From a virus (Duplodnaviria; Caudoviricetes): a stretch of DNA of 38,733 bases. The stretch lies in the IMG/VR virus record IMGVR_UViG_3300026543_000020, positions 1-38,733 of that record. One strand, 5' to 3'. A program made the position numbers and the translations under genes. The notes beneath the pieces were generated by a model that saw only the letters and a program-made list of their open reading frames with translations, did no database searches and was not told where the DNA came from. Every line of letters begins with the position of its first letter. The stretch's first letter is position 1. Positions 24,773 to 34,692 of this stretch are shown piece by piece.

Positions 24773-26047
24773 ATGGCTAACACATTAGATAAGAACTTTT
24801 CCACCATTGTCCTGAAGCAATTCCTTCCGGGCTTCATGTCTGACCTTGTACTTGCGAAGTCTATTGACCGTCAATTACTACAAGGTAAGATTAATAAAGA
24901 TACTGGCTCTACAGTCCAGTTTAAACGACCCCATCAGTACGTATCAGAACGAACCTCAAGAGGTGATGTAACCGGCTCAACAGCTAATCAATTTACTTCA
25001 GCTACTGCTACAGGTATTGTTTCTGACTACATCACTGTACGTGTTGAATATGAGCAGTTTGAAGAAGCTTTAGAGCTGAATCAGCTTGACGAAATCCTTC
25101 AGCCTGTCCGTGACCAGATGGTTACGACTATAGAGACTGAGATTTCAGATCGTATGATTGAAGCGGCTGCTTTGATTTCAGGTGACCCCGATACAGCTAT
25201 TACAAAATGGTCTGATGTTGCAGGCGGCGGTACTCTTCTAAACGCTTTAGGCGTTAAAGGTGAGAACTTCGCGGCTCTTGATCCATTCAGCACTCAGAAC
25301 TTAGCAGACGCTCAAGGCCAATTGTCAAGCGGTAGTGATAGCTTGGTAAATAAGGCTTGGGAAGAGGCGCAGATTTCTATGCCTTTCGGCGGTCTTAAAG
25401 CCATAATGAGCAACGGATTAAGTAATTATACTTCCGGTACTCAAGCTGGTGTTGCTGGCGTTACAGTAGACACTACACCTACAGTGACTTACTCAGCGCT
25501 TAAAGATACCTATGAGTTAACTGTTGACCTAACTGGTTTAACTGCTACCACAGGTACAATTAACCCTGGCGATGTACTTCAGTTTGACATCACATTCTTA
25601 TTGAACCAACAAAATAAGAAAGAGCTGTCTAAAAATGCTAGCCCTATCCCGTTCACAGGATCGGTAACAAGTGGTGGTACTGCTAATGGTTCCGGTGAGT
25701 TAACTGTAACTATCTCAGGTGCCCCTATCTTTGATGTATCTAACCCCCAGTACAACACAGTTAGTAGAGCAGTTATTGCTACTGACGTTGTAACTGTATT
25801 AGGTACTGCTGACACTGTTTATAAGCCTTCAATGTTCTATAACAAGATGGCTTTTGGAATGGGTACTATTGAATTGCCTAAATTGCATTCAATTGACAGC
25901 GCAGTGGTTAATCATGAAGGTTTCAGCATTCGTGTACATAAGTACGCAGATGGTGATGCTAATACTCAGATGGTTAGATTCGATATCTTACCGAGTTTCT
26001 GTGTATTCAACCCGTTCATGATGGGCAAGCTATACGGTAATCCTTAA
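24773..26047 (+). CDS. P22 gp5-like major capsid protein
   Basis: MANTL...GSTVQFKRPHQY...GFSIRV...RFDIL. Confidence 0.93.
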   Translation: MANTLDKNFSTIVLKQFLPGFMSDLVLAKSIDRQLLQGKINKDTGSTVQFKRPHQYVSERTSRGDVTGSTANQFTSATATGIVSDYITVRVEYEQFEEALELNQLDEILQPVRDQMVTTIETEISDRMIEAAALISGDPDTAITKWSDVAGGGTLLNALGVKGENFAALDPFSTQNLADAQGQLSSGSDSLVNKAWEEAQISMPFGGLKAIMSNGLSNYTSGTQAGVAGVTVDTTPTVTYSALKDTYELTVDLTGLTATTGTINPGDVLQFDITFLLNQQNKKELSKNASPIPFTGSVTSGGTANGSGELTVTISGAPIFDVSNPQYNTVSRAVIATDVVTVLGTADTVYKPSMFYNKMAFGMGTIELPKLHSIDSAVVNHEGFSIRVHKYADGDANTQMVRFDILPSFCVFNPFMMGKLYGNP

Positions 26048-26060
26048 ACCTCCCCTGATT

Positions 26061-26083
26061 GAGGGCTTCGGCCCTCTTTCTTT
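26061..26083 (+). terminator. intrinsic terminator after the coat gene
   Basis: GAGGGC-TTCG-GCCCTC-TTTCTTT. Confidence 0.88.
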
Positions 26084-26103
26084 AACTTTTTAAGGAGCCG
26101 AAC

Positions 26104-26409
26104 ATGGCTATTGTAGAACTACAAAACCAAACAATAAGCGCAGATGATACCTACAAGCTTAAGCCTGGTAATGGCAACGCAAGCACATTAGCTGTTTCCG
26201 GTAGCTTTGGCGGGGGAACTTTAACTCCAGGTTATCTAAACAAGCGCGGTCTTTTTATTGGCTTTAAAGACGAAACAGAAACAATTGTAACTTTTACCTC
26301 CAATTTCCAGGTTGTTTTAGATGGCGGTATTGGTATGAAATATGCGCTCGATGTTGCTGGATCGGCTACTCCTGATATTTTAGCTGAGCAGTTTGATCAT
26401 GGTCGCTAA
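26104..26409 (+). CDS. putative virion structural protein
   Basis: AAGGAG RBS; beta-rich, VSGSFGGGT motif. Confidence 0.7.
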   Translation: MAIVELQNQTISADDTYKLKPGNGNASTLAVSGSFGGGTLTPGYLNKRGLFIGFKDETETIVTFTSNFQVVLDGGIGMKYALDVAGSATPDILAEQFDHGR

Positions 26410-26543
26410 TGTCTGATCTTATTAAAAAGACAATTATTAGCACAGTTCTTTTCATGGGAGGCCCTACAAATCCCGTTTGGAGAGCTGATACTACAAATAT
26501 TACAGCAGATCAAACAGGCCCTACTGCTGATGGAGCGCAATAA
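26409..26543 (+). CDS. small protein with TAD repeats (44 aa)
   Basis: ...RADTTNITADQTGPTADG; coupled to both neighbours. Confidence 0.65.
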   Translation: MSDLIKKTIISTVLFMGGPTNPVWRADTTNITADQTGPTADGAQ

Positions 26544-27419
26544 ATGGCACAGGTACAAGTTAATTTAGGCTCAGCCCCTAATGCAGGTGACGGTGATCCG
26601 GCAAGAACTGCCTTCGGAAAAGTAAACGATAATGCAACTGATGCAGAGACTCGATTAACGGCCCAAGCCCCAGGTGGCAATGATACTGAGATGCAGGTTA
26701 AGAGCGGGACTGGTTTTGCTGGTACTGGTGTGACTTGGGATAGTACAAACGAAACTGTTAAATCCACTAATGCTACCAATGATGGTAACGCCGTCATTAT
26801 ACTTGAAAACACAGGAACTAACGGCGGCACTTCCGGGATATTTGTAACGGATCGAGATCCGGCCGGGAACATTTCAGCTATTGCGGGTGCGGTTGTAATC
26901 CGTCAAGACTCTGATCCTGCAAATTCCAATATATATATAAATAAGGGTGTTGGCACTAATAGTGATGGCTGGTGTATCGTTAGAGAGCTTTGTGGTGTAG
27001 GCGCCGGCACTCAATCGGGAAATGCCGTTGCTACTGATACTTCTACCCAAAATGCCTACGTAGTACCAGCAGGTAGTTTGACGGCTTCAGGGCAAGAATT
27101 CAACGTAACTGTTGACACAATGGGCCTGACTTATACTGGGCCTGAGACCATGCAGATCATTGGTTTGGTTTGGAGAATAACGGCAGATAAAGTACAAGCA
27201 GGTCAAGCAGACACCTTTGAATTTAGAATCCTCCAAGACAGTATTGAAATAGGTATCCCTCGATCTAAGGAATTTACTGCCGGAACTCCCGATACAATAA
27301 CACTAGGAACCTTTGTAACTATAGATTCTCTTCCTGCTGTTTTTACTATCGAAACTAGATGCACAACTAGTGGCGGGAAAACAATCGTAATCAGTGAACA
27401 AACCTTTGCTTTAGGATAA
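26544..27419 (+). CDS. fibre/appendage protein
   Basis: N-terminal VNLG..PN.GDGDP.RTAF.KVN.N motif (T4 gp9/gp10-like N-terminus); PGGNDTEMQ fibre motif. Confidence 0.7.
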   Translation: MAQVQVNLGSAPNAGDGDPARTAFGKVNDNATDAETRLTAQAPGGNDTEMQVKSGTGFAGTGVTWDSTNETVKSTNATNDGNAVIILENTGTNGGTSGIFVTDRDPAGNISAIAGAVVIRQDSDPANSNIYINKGVGTNSDGWCIVRELCGVGAGTQSGNAVATDTSTQNAYVVPAGSLTASGQEFNVTVDTMGLTYTGPETMQIIGLVWRITADKVQAGQADTFEFRILQDSIEIGIPRSKEFTAGTPDTITLGTFVTIDSLPAVFTIETRCTTSGGKTIVISEQTFALG

Positions 27420-27422
27420 ATA

Positions 27423-27572
27423 ATGATTAGAAAGCTACCTAGCGGTAAATTTAGACTCGAAAGCAAGTCCAAGGGAAAGGACGGCAAGCGTAAGAATTTA
27501 GGCACTTTTCCGACTAGAGCAGCGGCTCAGAAGCGAGAGAGACAGGTGCAATTTTTTAAGAATAAAGGTTAG
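27423..27572 (+). CDS. small basic conserved phage protein (49 aa)
   Basis: MIRKLPSGKFRL.S...KNLGTF.TR.AA.KRERQVQFFK. Confidence 0.75.
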   Translation: MIRKLPSGKFRLESKSKGKDGKRKNLGTFPTRAAAQKRERQVQFFKNKG

Positions 27573-27575
27573 AAA

Positions 27576-28115
27576 ATGAGTCAAACAGTAGGATTCTTTG
27601 TTACACGCGGTTACTCGATCGGAAAAATCAAGAAAGCTAATATTCCTGTCGAAGATGATGAGATGGAAATAGGCATTGATACTTATAACGATCTTATTGT
27701 CCAGCTTCAAATAGATGGGATAACTTTCGGCGCCACTATTGTCACTGTTAAAGAAGATGAAACAGACGTACCAGATTGGGCACAAGAGATGATTAAGACC
27801 CAGTTAGCTTTAAGGCTGGCTGATGAGTTTGGGCGAGCTATAAGCGCTTTGTTGGTTGAAAGAGCAGACAGAGCCATGCGCGCAGTAATGAGGATGGTGA
27901 GGATTCAGCGACCTTCAGCTATGCCTAACACTCTACCCAGAGGTTCTGGTAATTACGATAGTTCACGTTCATCTCGGTTTTTCCCTGATAGAGATTGCGG
28001 TGATATTAAGTCTGGGAATAATGATTTTATGCTAGATGACGAAGGTCAAGTAATACAAGACAATACAAGCTGTCCAGGCGGAAACCTGTCAGCAATTGGA
28101 GACAGCAATGGCTAA
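27576..28115 (+). CDS. P22 gp4-like head-tail adaptor
   Basis: LALRLA.EFG and MPNTLPRGSGN motifs. Confidence 0.82.
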   Translation: MSQTVGFFVTRGYSIGKIKKANIPVEDDEMEIGIDTYNDLIVQLQIDGITFGATIVTVKEDETDVPDWAQEMIKTQLALRLADEFGRAISALLVERADRAMRAVMRMVRIQRPSAMPNTLPRGSGNYDSSRSSRFFPDRDCGDIKSGNNDFMLDDEGQVIQDNTSCPGGNLSAIGDSNG

Positions 28116-28593
28116 AGAAGACAATTTTACAAAAGTAACAACACTGGGCAATAACGATCTATTGCGTGTCATTAAAGACGCTGCAAGTAGAACAATGACT
28201 AAGGCTAATTTTGTTACCGATATCACCGAATTATTAATTGACGCTGGGTTTATAACCTCCGGTACATTACCTCCAACCATTGCAAGTACTAGAAAGATTG
28301 TGACATTTGTAGTCAATCATTCCTTAGTTTTGACGGATGATGTTATTTTAATGGATGCAACAGGTGGAGACCTAGTAGTTGATTTACCTCTAGCCAGCAG
28401 CGCCTTTGATATCCCTACCGATAAAGGGCAGAGATTCACTATTAAAAAGATAGATACAAGCGTAGTTAATACGGTGACGATTGACCCGGCTCTAGGTGAT
28501 TTAATCGACGGACAAGTCAATACTATCCTACAAACAGCGGCTAGACCGTTCGTGACAATCATTTCAGACGGATCTAACTGGTTTCTAATCTAA
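28108..28593 (+). CDS. virion protein with a small beta-sandwich domain
   Basis: D.T...LP.A...G..FTIKK.D...NTVTI...IDG...SDGSNW motif. Confidence 0.75.
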   Translation: MAKEDNFTKVTTLGNNDLLRVIKDAASRTMTKANFVTDITELLIDAGFITSGTLPPTIASTRKIVTFVVNHSLVLTDDVILMDATGGDLVVDLPLASSAFDIPTDKGQRFTIKKIDTSVVNTVTIDPALGDLIDGQVNTILQTAARPFVTIISDGSNWFLI

Positions 28594-30074
28594 TGACGAA
28601 TATCGCAATAGATGCAGGGTTTTATCAGAGTTCGGTATTGCCGTTCTCGGCACAGAATTGCGTGAATCATTACCCTGTTAACCCTCAAAATAAGGGATCT
28701 GTTAGTCAAGGCGCCTTACTCTTTACACCTGGGACTGAAGATTTGTTTACGGTTGATGGTATAGGACGTGGTTCTATTAAGTTTCTAAGAAACGATGATT
28801 TCTCTGTTAGGGCCTTGATTCCAGACGTTTATATTGTTGCCGGGACTAAACTGTTTCAAATGACTAATTTAGTAGCGAATCCTGTTGATTTGGGCACGAT
28901 TGAAGGCACTGACCGCGTTATTATGGCGGTAAATGGCTTTGTTATCGCTATTATTGTCCCTGGCGGGAAAGGTTACTTCTTCGACCCTGATGTTGGTTTG
29001 ACCGAAATAACAGATCCAGTGTTTCAGTCAAATCAAGCGCAGCCCGGAGGAGTGACTTCTGTAGTCTCTTTAAATGGTGTTTTTATTTACACCACGGCCA
29101 AAGAGTTCTTCGTTGGGTCATTGTCAACTGACAACAAAGGAAAAGACTTCGACGGTCTAAGCTTTGCTACGGCTGAAGTTAAGCCCGATGACAACGTAAG
29201 AGCTGGGGTTGTTGATAATGAGCTTTTAATATTTGGCACTAACACTATCCAGCCATTTAGAGCAAGCACCACTGGATTCTTATTTGCGCCTGTTTCCGGA
29301 GCAACTTTTGACCGAGGATTAATAGCACGCAATAGTTTTATAGAGTTTGACGATTCATTCTTTTATTTAGGACGACAAGAAAACGGCGGTGCAGCGATCC
29401 TAGAGGCCTCCAGAGGGCGTATCTCAACCGATGCCATTGACTCAGTTATCCAGACTTTCACCCAGGAAGAGCTTGAGAGCGTGTTTGCTATGAGTTATGA
29501 AGAGGATGGTGGGTTATTTGTCTGCTTCACCTTCCCGACTACCACTTTTGTCTACGATGCTACTGCTTCAAGGCTACAACAAACCCATATTTGGCATGAA
29601 AGACAGTCGAATGGTACACAATGGCGAGTTAATGACATTATTGACGGCTTCAACCGTAAGATCGTTACCGATAATGAAATAGGTCGTATTGGGATTATGG
29701 ATAGAAATATCCTGAGCGAATATGGTGAGGACATTGATAGAGAATTCGCAGGCCCATTTTTAATCAATGAAGGACAGACCTTCTTTGGTGACACGATGGA
29801 ATTAAAGACCCAGTCCGGTGTTGGTTCTCAGCCTACTTCCCCTCCTAACGACCAGCAAGATCCTATTGTTGAGGCATTTATCTCTGATGATGGCGGTAAT
29901 ACTTTCCAATCAATCGGAACGCGGAGATTAGGCGTACAAGGTGATTTTACTATTCGACAGATATGGGAGCAGCAAGGCCGTATAGATTACGACAGGTTAT
30001 ATAAGTTTAAGACTTCAAGCTCTGTGAAAATAGTCTTTTTACGTATGGATATTACATTGCAGGCGGCGGCATGA
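28593..30074 (+). CDS. P22 gp10-like packaged-DNA stabilisation/tail hub protein
   Basis: CVNHYP, TPG, FATAE.KPD, TFVYDA...WHER, SDDGGNTF motifs. Confidence 0.9.
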   Translation: MTNIAIDAGFYQSSVLPFSAQNCVNHYPVNPQNKGSVSQGALLFTPGTEDLFTVDGIGRGSIKFLRNDDFSVRALIPDVYIVAGTKLFQMTNLVANPVDLGTIEGTDRVIMAVNGFVIAIIVPGGKGYFFDPDVGLTEITDPVFQSNQAQPGGVTSVVSLNGVFIYTTAKEFFVGSLSTDNKGKDFDGLSFATAEVKPDDNVRAGVVDNELLIFGTNTIQPFRASTTGFLFAPVSGATFDRGLIARNSFIEFDDSFFYLGRQENGGAAILEASRGRISTDAIDSVIQTFTQEELESVFAMSYEEDGGLFVCFTFPTTTFVYDATASRLQQTHIWHERQSNGTQWRVNDIIDGFNRKIVTDNEIGRIGIMDRNILSEYGEDIDREFAGPFLINEGQTFFGDTMELKTQSGVGSQPTSPPNDQQDPIVEAFISDDGGNTFQSIGTRRLGVQGDFTIRQIWEQQGRIDYDRLYKFKTSSSVKIVFLRMDITLQAAA

Positions 30075-30322
30075 GTGATTTATTCCCACCTAAGCGTGAG
30101 CAATTAATTACCAATAAAGGATTAATAGACGATGATTTCGCAGAAAAATTAGAAGATCTCTTTGAGCGCTCAAACTTCTTCCAAGTTATTGACGGTGATC
30201 CTATAGGCTCCTTGGTCACTAGTCGAAAAATGATAGTTATAAGACAGGACGGCGGAGTAGGAACTACCTTGTACGTCAATGAGTTAGGTGACGGAACGGC
30301 TGACGGATGGGTGGCTAAATGA
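30071..30322 (+). CDS. small tail-associated protein
   Basis: GDP.G...TTLYV...GW motif; follows the gp10-like gene. Confidence 0.7.
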   Translation: MSDLFPPKREQLITNKGLIDDDFAEKLEDLFERSNFFQVIDGDPIGSLVTSRKMIVIRQDGGVGTTLYVNELGDGTADGWVAK

Positions 30323-30804
30323 AATTAGAGCGCATCCAAGATATTGAAGTGATTAGACAAGTTCTAACCGATCCTGAGATGTGGGACAGAATAAGAGAAG
30401 ATGACAACGAATTGGAAAACTTTAACGTCCCGGAAACTGACGAGCTTTTATGGCTAGGCGTTTATACAGACGAATTAATAGGCTTATTTTTTATCCATGA
30501 TATGAATCATACAACTGTCCAGCTACATGCACATATTTTAGAACCTTTTAGAAAGCAGTATGCTAAAGAGGCTGGCAGGTTAGTAATCGCTTACTTTGCC
30601 TATGAAATGAGTGATAGAATAAACAAGTTAGTCGCTGAGATTCCGGTGTGTTATCCCGATGTATACCATTTCAGCTTAAACAACGGTTTGAAAGACGAAG
30701 GTATTAACCGACAAAGTATTTTAAAGAATGGCGAATATATGGATCAACATAGATTAGGTATTACGAAAGAGGAGGCTAGATCATGCCTACAGCAGCAGCA
30801 TTAG
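30319..30804 (+). CDS. P22 gp14-like GNAT-fold protein (DUF2824-like)
   Basis: HAHIL..FR, KLVAEIP, G.KDEGI.RQS..KNG...DQ...GIT. Confidence 0.82.
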   Translation: MKLERIQDIEVIRQVLTDPEMWDRIREDDNELENFNVPETDELLWLGVYTDELIGLFFIHDMNHTTVQLHAHILEPFRKQYAKEAGRLVIAYFAYEMSDRINKLVAEIPVCYPDVYHFSLNNGLKDEGINRQSILKNGEYMDQHRLGITKEEARSCLQQQH

Positions 30805-31631
30805 TCGGCGGGTCAATAGTTTCCAGTGCTTTTGGTGCTAGAGAGTCACGTAGAGCAGGCGAAACAGCGGCAAGAGGTCAGAGACGTGCCGGTAGACTTG
30901 AGCGCGAAGCTTTTAGAGAACAGGCGGGTCTTGAAAGAGAAGCCGGTCAACTTGAGGCTGGAGCATTTAGACAGTTTGCAGACGTTGAGAGAGAAACAGC
31001 GGGCATCCGAGCGGGTGGATTTAGAGAAGCGGCGGGAAGGTTTGAACCTTTTGCCGTAGGCGGTGCAGAGGCGGCACAACAAGAGGCTGCATTAAGTGGT
31101 GCATTAGGCCCAGAAGCTCAACAACGTGCTATAGACGCGCAGGTAGAGAGCCCTTTTACCCGTTTCATTGAACAACGCGGACGACAACAGATAGGCCAAG
31201 GTTTTGCAGCCGGTGGTGGTTTGGGTGGTGGTGAACGATTAAGAGCTTTAACTGAGTTCGGCCAAGGTGTTGCGACTCAGAGCCTTAGCCAGCAATTACA
31301 GAATTTAAGAAGCATTAGACAACAAGGCTTTGGTGCTACAGGCAATATAGCTGAATTAATCGCTAGAGCGACAGGCGCAGAAGCTGGTGGTGTTTCAGGT
31401 GCCGGCAGTGCTTTACTTGGTGCGGCAGGTGCAGAGGCCGGTGGTATACGTGGTGCAGGCCGTGCAATCGTGGGTGGAGGTGCAGCAGAAGCTAGAGGTA
31501 TTAGTGGCGCGGCTACTTCGTTAGCAAATGCAAGGCTATCAAGCGCAGGCCAAATACAACAAGGTATAAGCGGAATAGCAACAACGGGCGCGTTACAACT
31601 ACAAGGTTTATTCGATAGACCGGCGGTATAA
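30783..31631 (+). CDS. DNA ejection/pilot protein (gp7-like)
   Basis: A/G/Q-rich; EPF...G..A and AAGGGLGGG...RAL..FG motifs; first ejection-gene position. Confidence 0.8.
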   Translation: MPTAAALVGGSIVSSAFGARESRRAGETAARGQRRAGRLEREAFREQAGLEREAGQLEAGAFRQFADVERETAGIRAGGFREAAGRFEPFAVGGAEAAQQEAALSGALGPEAQQRAIDAQVESPFTRFIEQRGRQQIGQGFAAGGGLGGGERLRALTEFGQGVATQSLSQQLQNLRSIRQQGFGATGNIAELIARATGAEAGGVSGAGSALLGAAGAEAGGIRGAGRAIVGGGAAEARGISGAATSLANARLSSAGQIQQGISGIATTGALQLQGLFDRPAV

Positions 31632-31633
31632 TT

Positions 31634-32737
31634 ATGGCAAATGGAATATTACAGCAATTTGTGCAGGCTAGAGGCGGTTTAGTTGGACAACGCGGCCAAT
31701 TAGCTGAACAAGAACGATTTCTGGAAGGTAGTAATCTACGATCTATCGGTATCGGTGCGCTTGAGGCTTTAGGTATTCAAGACGAGGCTGGGCAGAATCA
31801 ATTCCTAGTTAACCGGGCTAATGAAATCGCGGCCCGTGGTGGTGACCCTACAGATACGTTTCAGGCTCTGGATACTCCTTTTGCCGAAAGACAGCAGGTT
31901 TTACAAAATGCTGTCCAAGTAGCACAGCAGGCCGGTGTATTAGAGGGTGCTCCAGGTGCCACTCAAAGGCAAGCGTTAGTACGCGGTACAGAAGGTGATT
32001 TTAACTTTAGGGATGAAAAAGGAAATATATTTACGCAGTCAACTTTCACTGATCCTAATACTCAAACAACTAAGAACGTGTTAACAGATGCAACGGGTCG
32101 AGGTTTGGAGCCTTCAGGTAAGCTAACAGCAATTAGCAGAACAGGTGAGTCTATCCAAGAGAAAAGAACAGCGGAAACTGAAGCGGAAAAAGTCAGGAAG
32201 AGACAAGAGGCTGAAGTTAGAGCATCGGTAAAAGCCGGTGAAGATGCTGCTATTGCTGTTCGTAAAGTTGATAAAAACATCAAGAATATCAACAGAGCTA
32301 TTTCTGCTCTAGACCGAGGCGCGAGAACTGGTGCGGTGCAAAGATTCTTGCCTAGTATCGCAGCGGCTAGTGTTGAATTGGATAATATTAGAAATAGTTT
32401 AGGCTTAGATATTGTTAGTGCTGCTACATTTGGCGCATTATCTGAAAGTGAGTTGAATTTTGCCTTAGACACTGCCATTCCTACTGGGTTAAATGAAGAT
32501 GAATTAAAAGACTTCTTAGTTAGAAAGCGTGACGCACAACAGAAAGCTAGACGAGCTTTAGCTAATGCCGCGAAGGAATTCGCTTCAGGTAAAACAAGAG
32601 CTCAATTATTGACGGAACAGGAAGCAGCTAGAGGCCCACAATTGCCTCCAGGCGTGACAGAAGAGGATATAGTGGAAACTATGCGATCTAATAACCTGAC
32701 TCGTGAACAGGTTCTACAGAGATTAGGTGGCCAATAA
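31634..32737 (+). CDS. DNA ejection protein (gp20 position)
   Basis: synteny; helical A/Q/E-rich; FGALSESEL motif. Confidence 0.72.
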   Translation: MANGILQQFVQARGGLVGQRGQLAEQERFLEGSNLRSIGIGALEALGIQDEAGQNQFLVNRANEIAARGGDPTDTFQALDTPFAERQQVLQNAVQVAQQAGVLEGAPGATQRQALVRGTEGDFNFRDEKGNIFTQSTFTDPNTQTTKNVLTDATGRGLEPSGKLTAISRTGESIQEKRTAETEAEKVRKRQEAEVRASVKAGEDAAIAVRKVDKNIKNINRAISALDRGARTGAVQRFLPSIAAASVELDNIRNSLGLDIVSAATFGALSESELNFALDTAIPTGLNEDELKDFLVRKRDAQQKARRALANAAKEFASGKTRAQLLTEQEAARGPQLPPGVTEEDIVETMRSNNLTREQVLQRLGGQ

Positions 32738-34692
32738 TGGCAGGTAGAAACTTATTTGCAGATACACCACAAGGTAGAGATTTATTTGCTGATCCTTCCC
32801 GTGAATCAGCTTTTGCGCCGCGCCCGCCTGCCGAGGATATTGGGTCAGCTCAAGCTTTATTAATCGGCTTGGGTAAAGGTTTCACCGATATTGCTCGCGG
32901 TGTTGGCTTAGTTGATCCTGAGACCGAATCAGCAAGAGAAGCTTTCCAGACTTTAGAACAGGAACGCCCTGTTAGCACATTTGTCGGGGAAGTAGTAGGT
33001 CAAGCAGCCCCATTTGTACCAGCGGTATTAGGGGCAGAGTTAGCGGTTCCAGCCTTAGCAGTAAAAGGTGGTTTAGGTGTCGGGGCAACTCAAGCAGCAA
33101 GAATAGCGGCGCAAGGCGCCATAGGAGCGGCAGAAGGTGGACTTATTGCAGAAGGTACAGGTCAAGATCCCTTGGCAGGAGCGGGTATTGGTGGCACTTT
33201 GGCTGCTGGTATCGAGACTATTTCCCCTGTTGCTGGTCGCGTTATCAGTGGGATATTTCGCAAACTAACAGGAAAGCCGCCCAAAGGAGCATTAGTAACT
33301 CCAGACGGACAGGCAACCCCCGAGCTTCAAACGGCTTTGGATGATAGCGGTTTAACTCTTGATGAATTGACTAACGAAGCGGCTGTAACATTACAAAAGA
33401 CAGCGCCAGTATCGCCAGAAGAGGCAACCAGAGCAGCATTTATACAAAGTCAGGGCATAGAACCAACCCAAGCACAAATTACCAGGGGTGCTAGTGAGTT
33501 CCAGGCACAACAAGAGGCTGCGAAAACATCAACTAGAGTCAGAGAGGCACTAGAACAGCAAGAGGCTATATTAAGTTCTCGTTTTGATAATGCAATTATT
33601 GACACTTTGGGAGAGGCAAGTACTCCGACATCGACAACTGTTGACGCTGTGGTTAATAAGGCTTCTGTTTTAGACGCGAGAATAAGTGACCTTTATAAGC
33701 AAACGAGAAACTTAGCTGGTGATGCTAAAAACATAAGATTTGAAACCTTGGCTAGCACCTTAAAATCAAAAGCCCCTTCTAATCAAGCCACTGGAGGCGC
33801 TGTTAAGGCCGTTGCGGGTGACTTACAATCCAGAGGTATGTTAGACGAAAATCTAAAAGTAGCCGAACAAATTGATGTGCAAGCGGCCGAAGAGGCTAGG
33901 AAGTTTATGAACAGTCTTTTCGATCCTCAACAACCTTTCAGAAATATTGTTATTAGACAGTTAAAAGAAGCTCTTGATAACGATGTCTTCAGATCGGAGG
34001 GTGATGATATTTTCAAGCAAGCAAGAAAAGCAAAAGCTGATTTTGAGCAAGGGCTTTCCAGGGCTGGTGTTTCAAAGTTTGATAAACGTAAAGCTAACTT
34101 AGTCAGAGATATTTTAGAGGATAAGATAAACCCGGATAACTTTGTTGATGATGTTGTCAGAAGTAAGAAATGGCGCGCATCGGATTTGAACCAGCTTAAG
34201 AATTATATATCTCAAGAATCACCCGAGGCTTTCAATGATTTGAGAGCAGAAACCTTACAAACTATCAAGAACAATGTTTTTACAGGTGCGGAGGATGCAG
34301 TAGGCAATAAAGCATTAAGCAGAGCCGCTTTAGAACGAGAACTTAATAGGATAGGACGCCCTAAGCTACAGGTTTTATTTGAACCCAAAGAACTGAAGTT
34401 TTTAGATGATATGGTAAGACTTGCTAAATTAAGAGAGCCAGTTAGAGGTACAGCTTTAGGAAAAGGCCCATCAGCACAAGCCGTAGCTAAATTAGAGAAA
34501 ACTCTAAAAGATTTACCTATTTTAGGAAATTTAGTTGATTTTATTGATGTTGATGCGGCAGGTAGAGCGGCGATTAAGTCAAAGCCTAGACAGATTATAA
34601 GAGAGGCCGATCAGTTAGAGAGGAGTCTTACAGCAGGTACGGCTGCTTTGGCTATACCAGTAGCACAACAAGAACAAACAGGAGAACGATAA
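32737..34692 (+). CDS. DNA ejection protein (gp16 position)
   Basis: synteny; Gly/Ala-rich hydrophobic segments followed by a long helical domain. Confidence 0.72.
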   Translation: MAGRNLFADTPQGRDLFADPSRESAFAPRPPAEDIGSAQALLIGLGKGFTDIARGVGLVDPETESAREAFQTLEQERPVSTFVGEVVGQAAPFVPAVLGAELAVPALAVKGGLGVGATQAARIAAQGAIGAAEGGLIAEGTGQDPLAGAGIGGTLAAGIETISPVAGRVISGIFRKLTGKPPKGALVTPDGQATPELQTALDDSGLTLDELTNEAAVTLQKTAPVSPEEATRAAFIQSQGIEPTQAQITRGASEFQAQQEAAKTSTRVREALEQQEAILSSRFDNAIIDTLGEASTPTSTTVDAVVNKASVLDARISDLYKQTRNLAGDAKNIRFETLASTLKSKAPSNQATGGAVKAVAGDLQSRGMLDENLKVAEQIDVQAAEEARKFMNSLFDPQQPFRNIVIRQLKEALDNDVFRSEGDDIFKQARKAKADFEQGLSRAGVSKFDKRKANLVRDILEDKINPDNFVDDVVRSKKWRASDLNQLKNYISQESPEAFNDLRAETLQTIKNNVFTGAEDAVGNKALSRAALERELNRIGRPKLQVLFEPKELKFLDDMVRLAKLREPVRGTALGKGPSAQAVAKLEKTLKDLPILGNLVDFIDVDAAGRAAIKSKPRQIIREADQLERSLTAGTAALAIPVAQQEQTGER

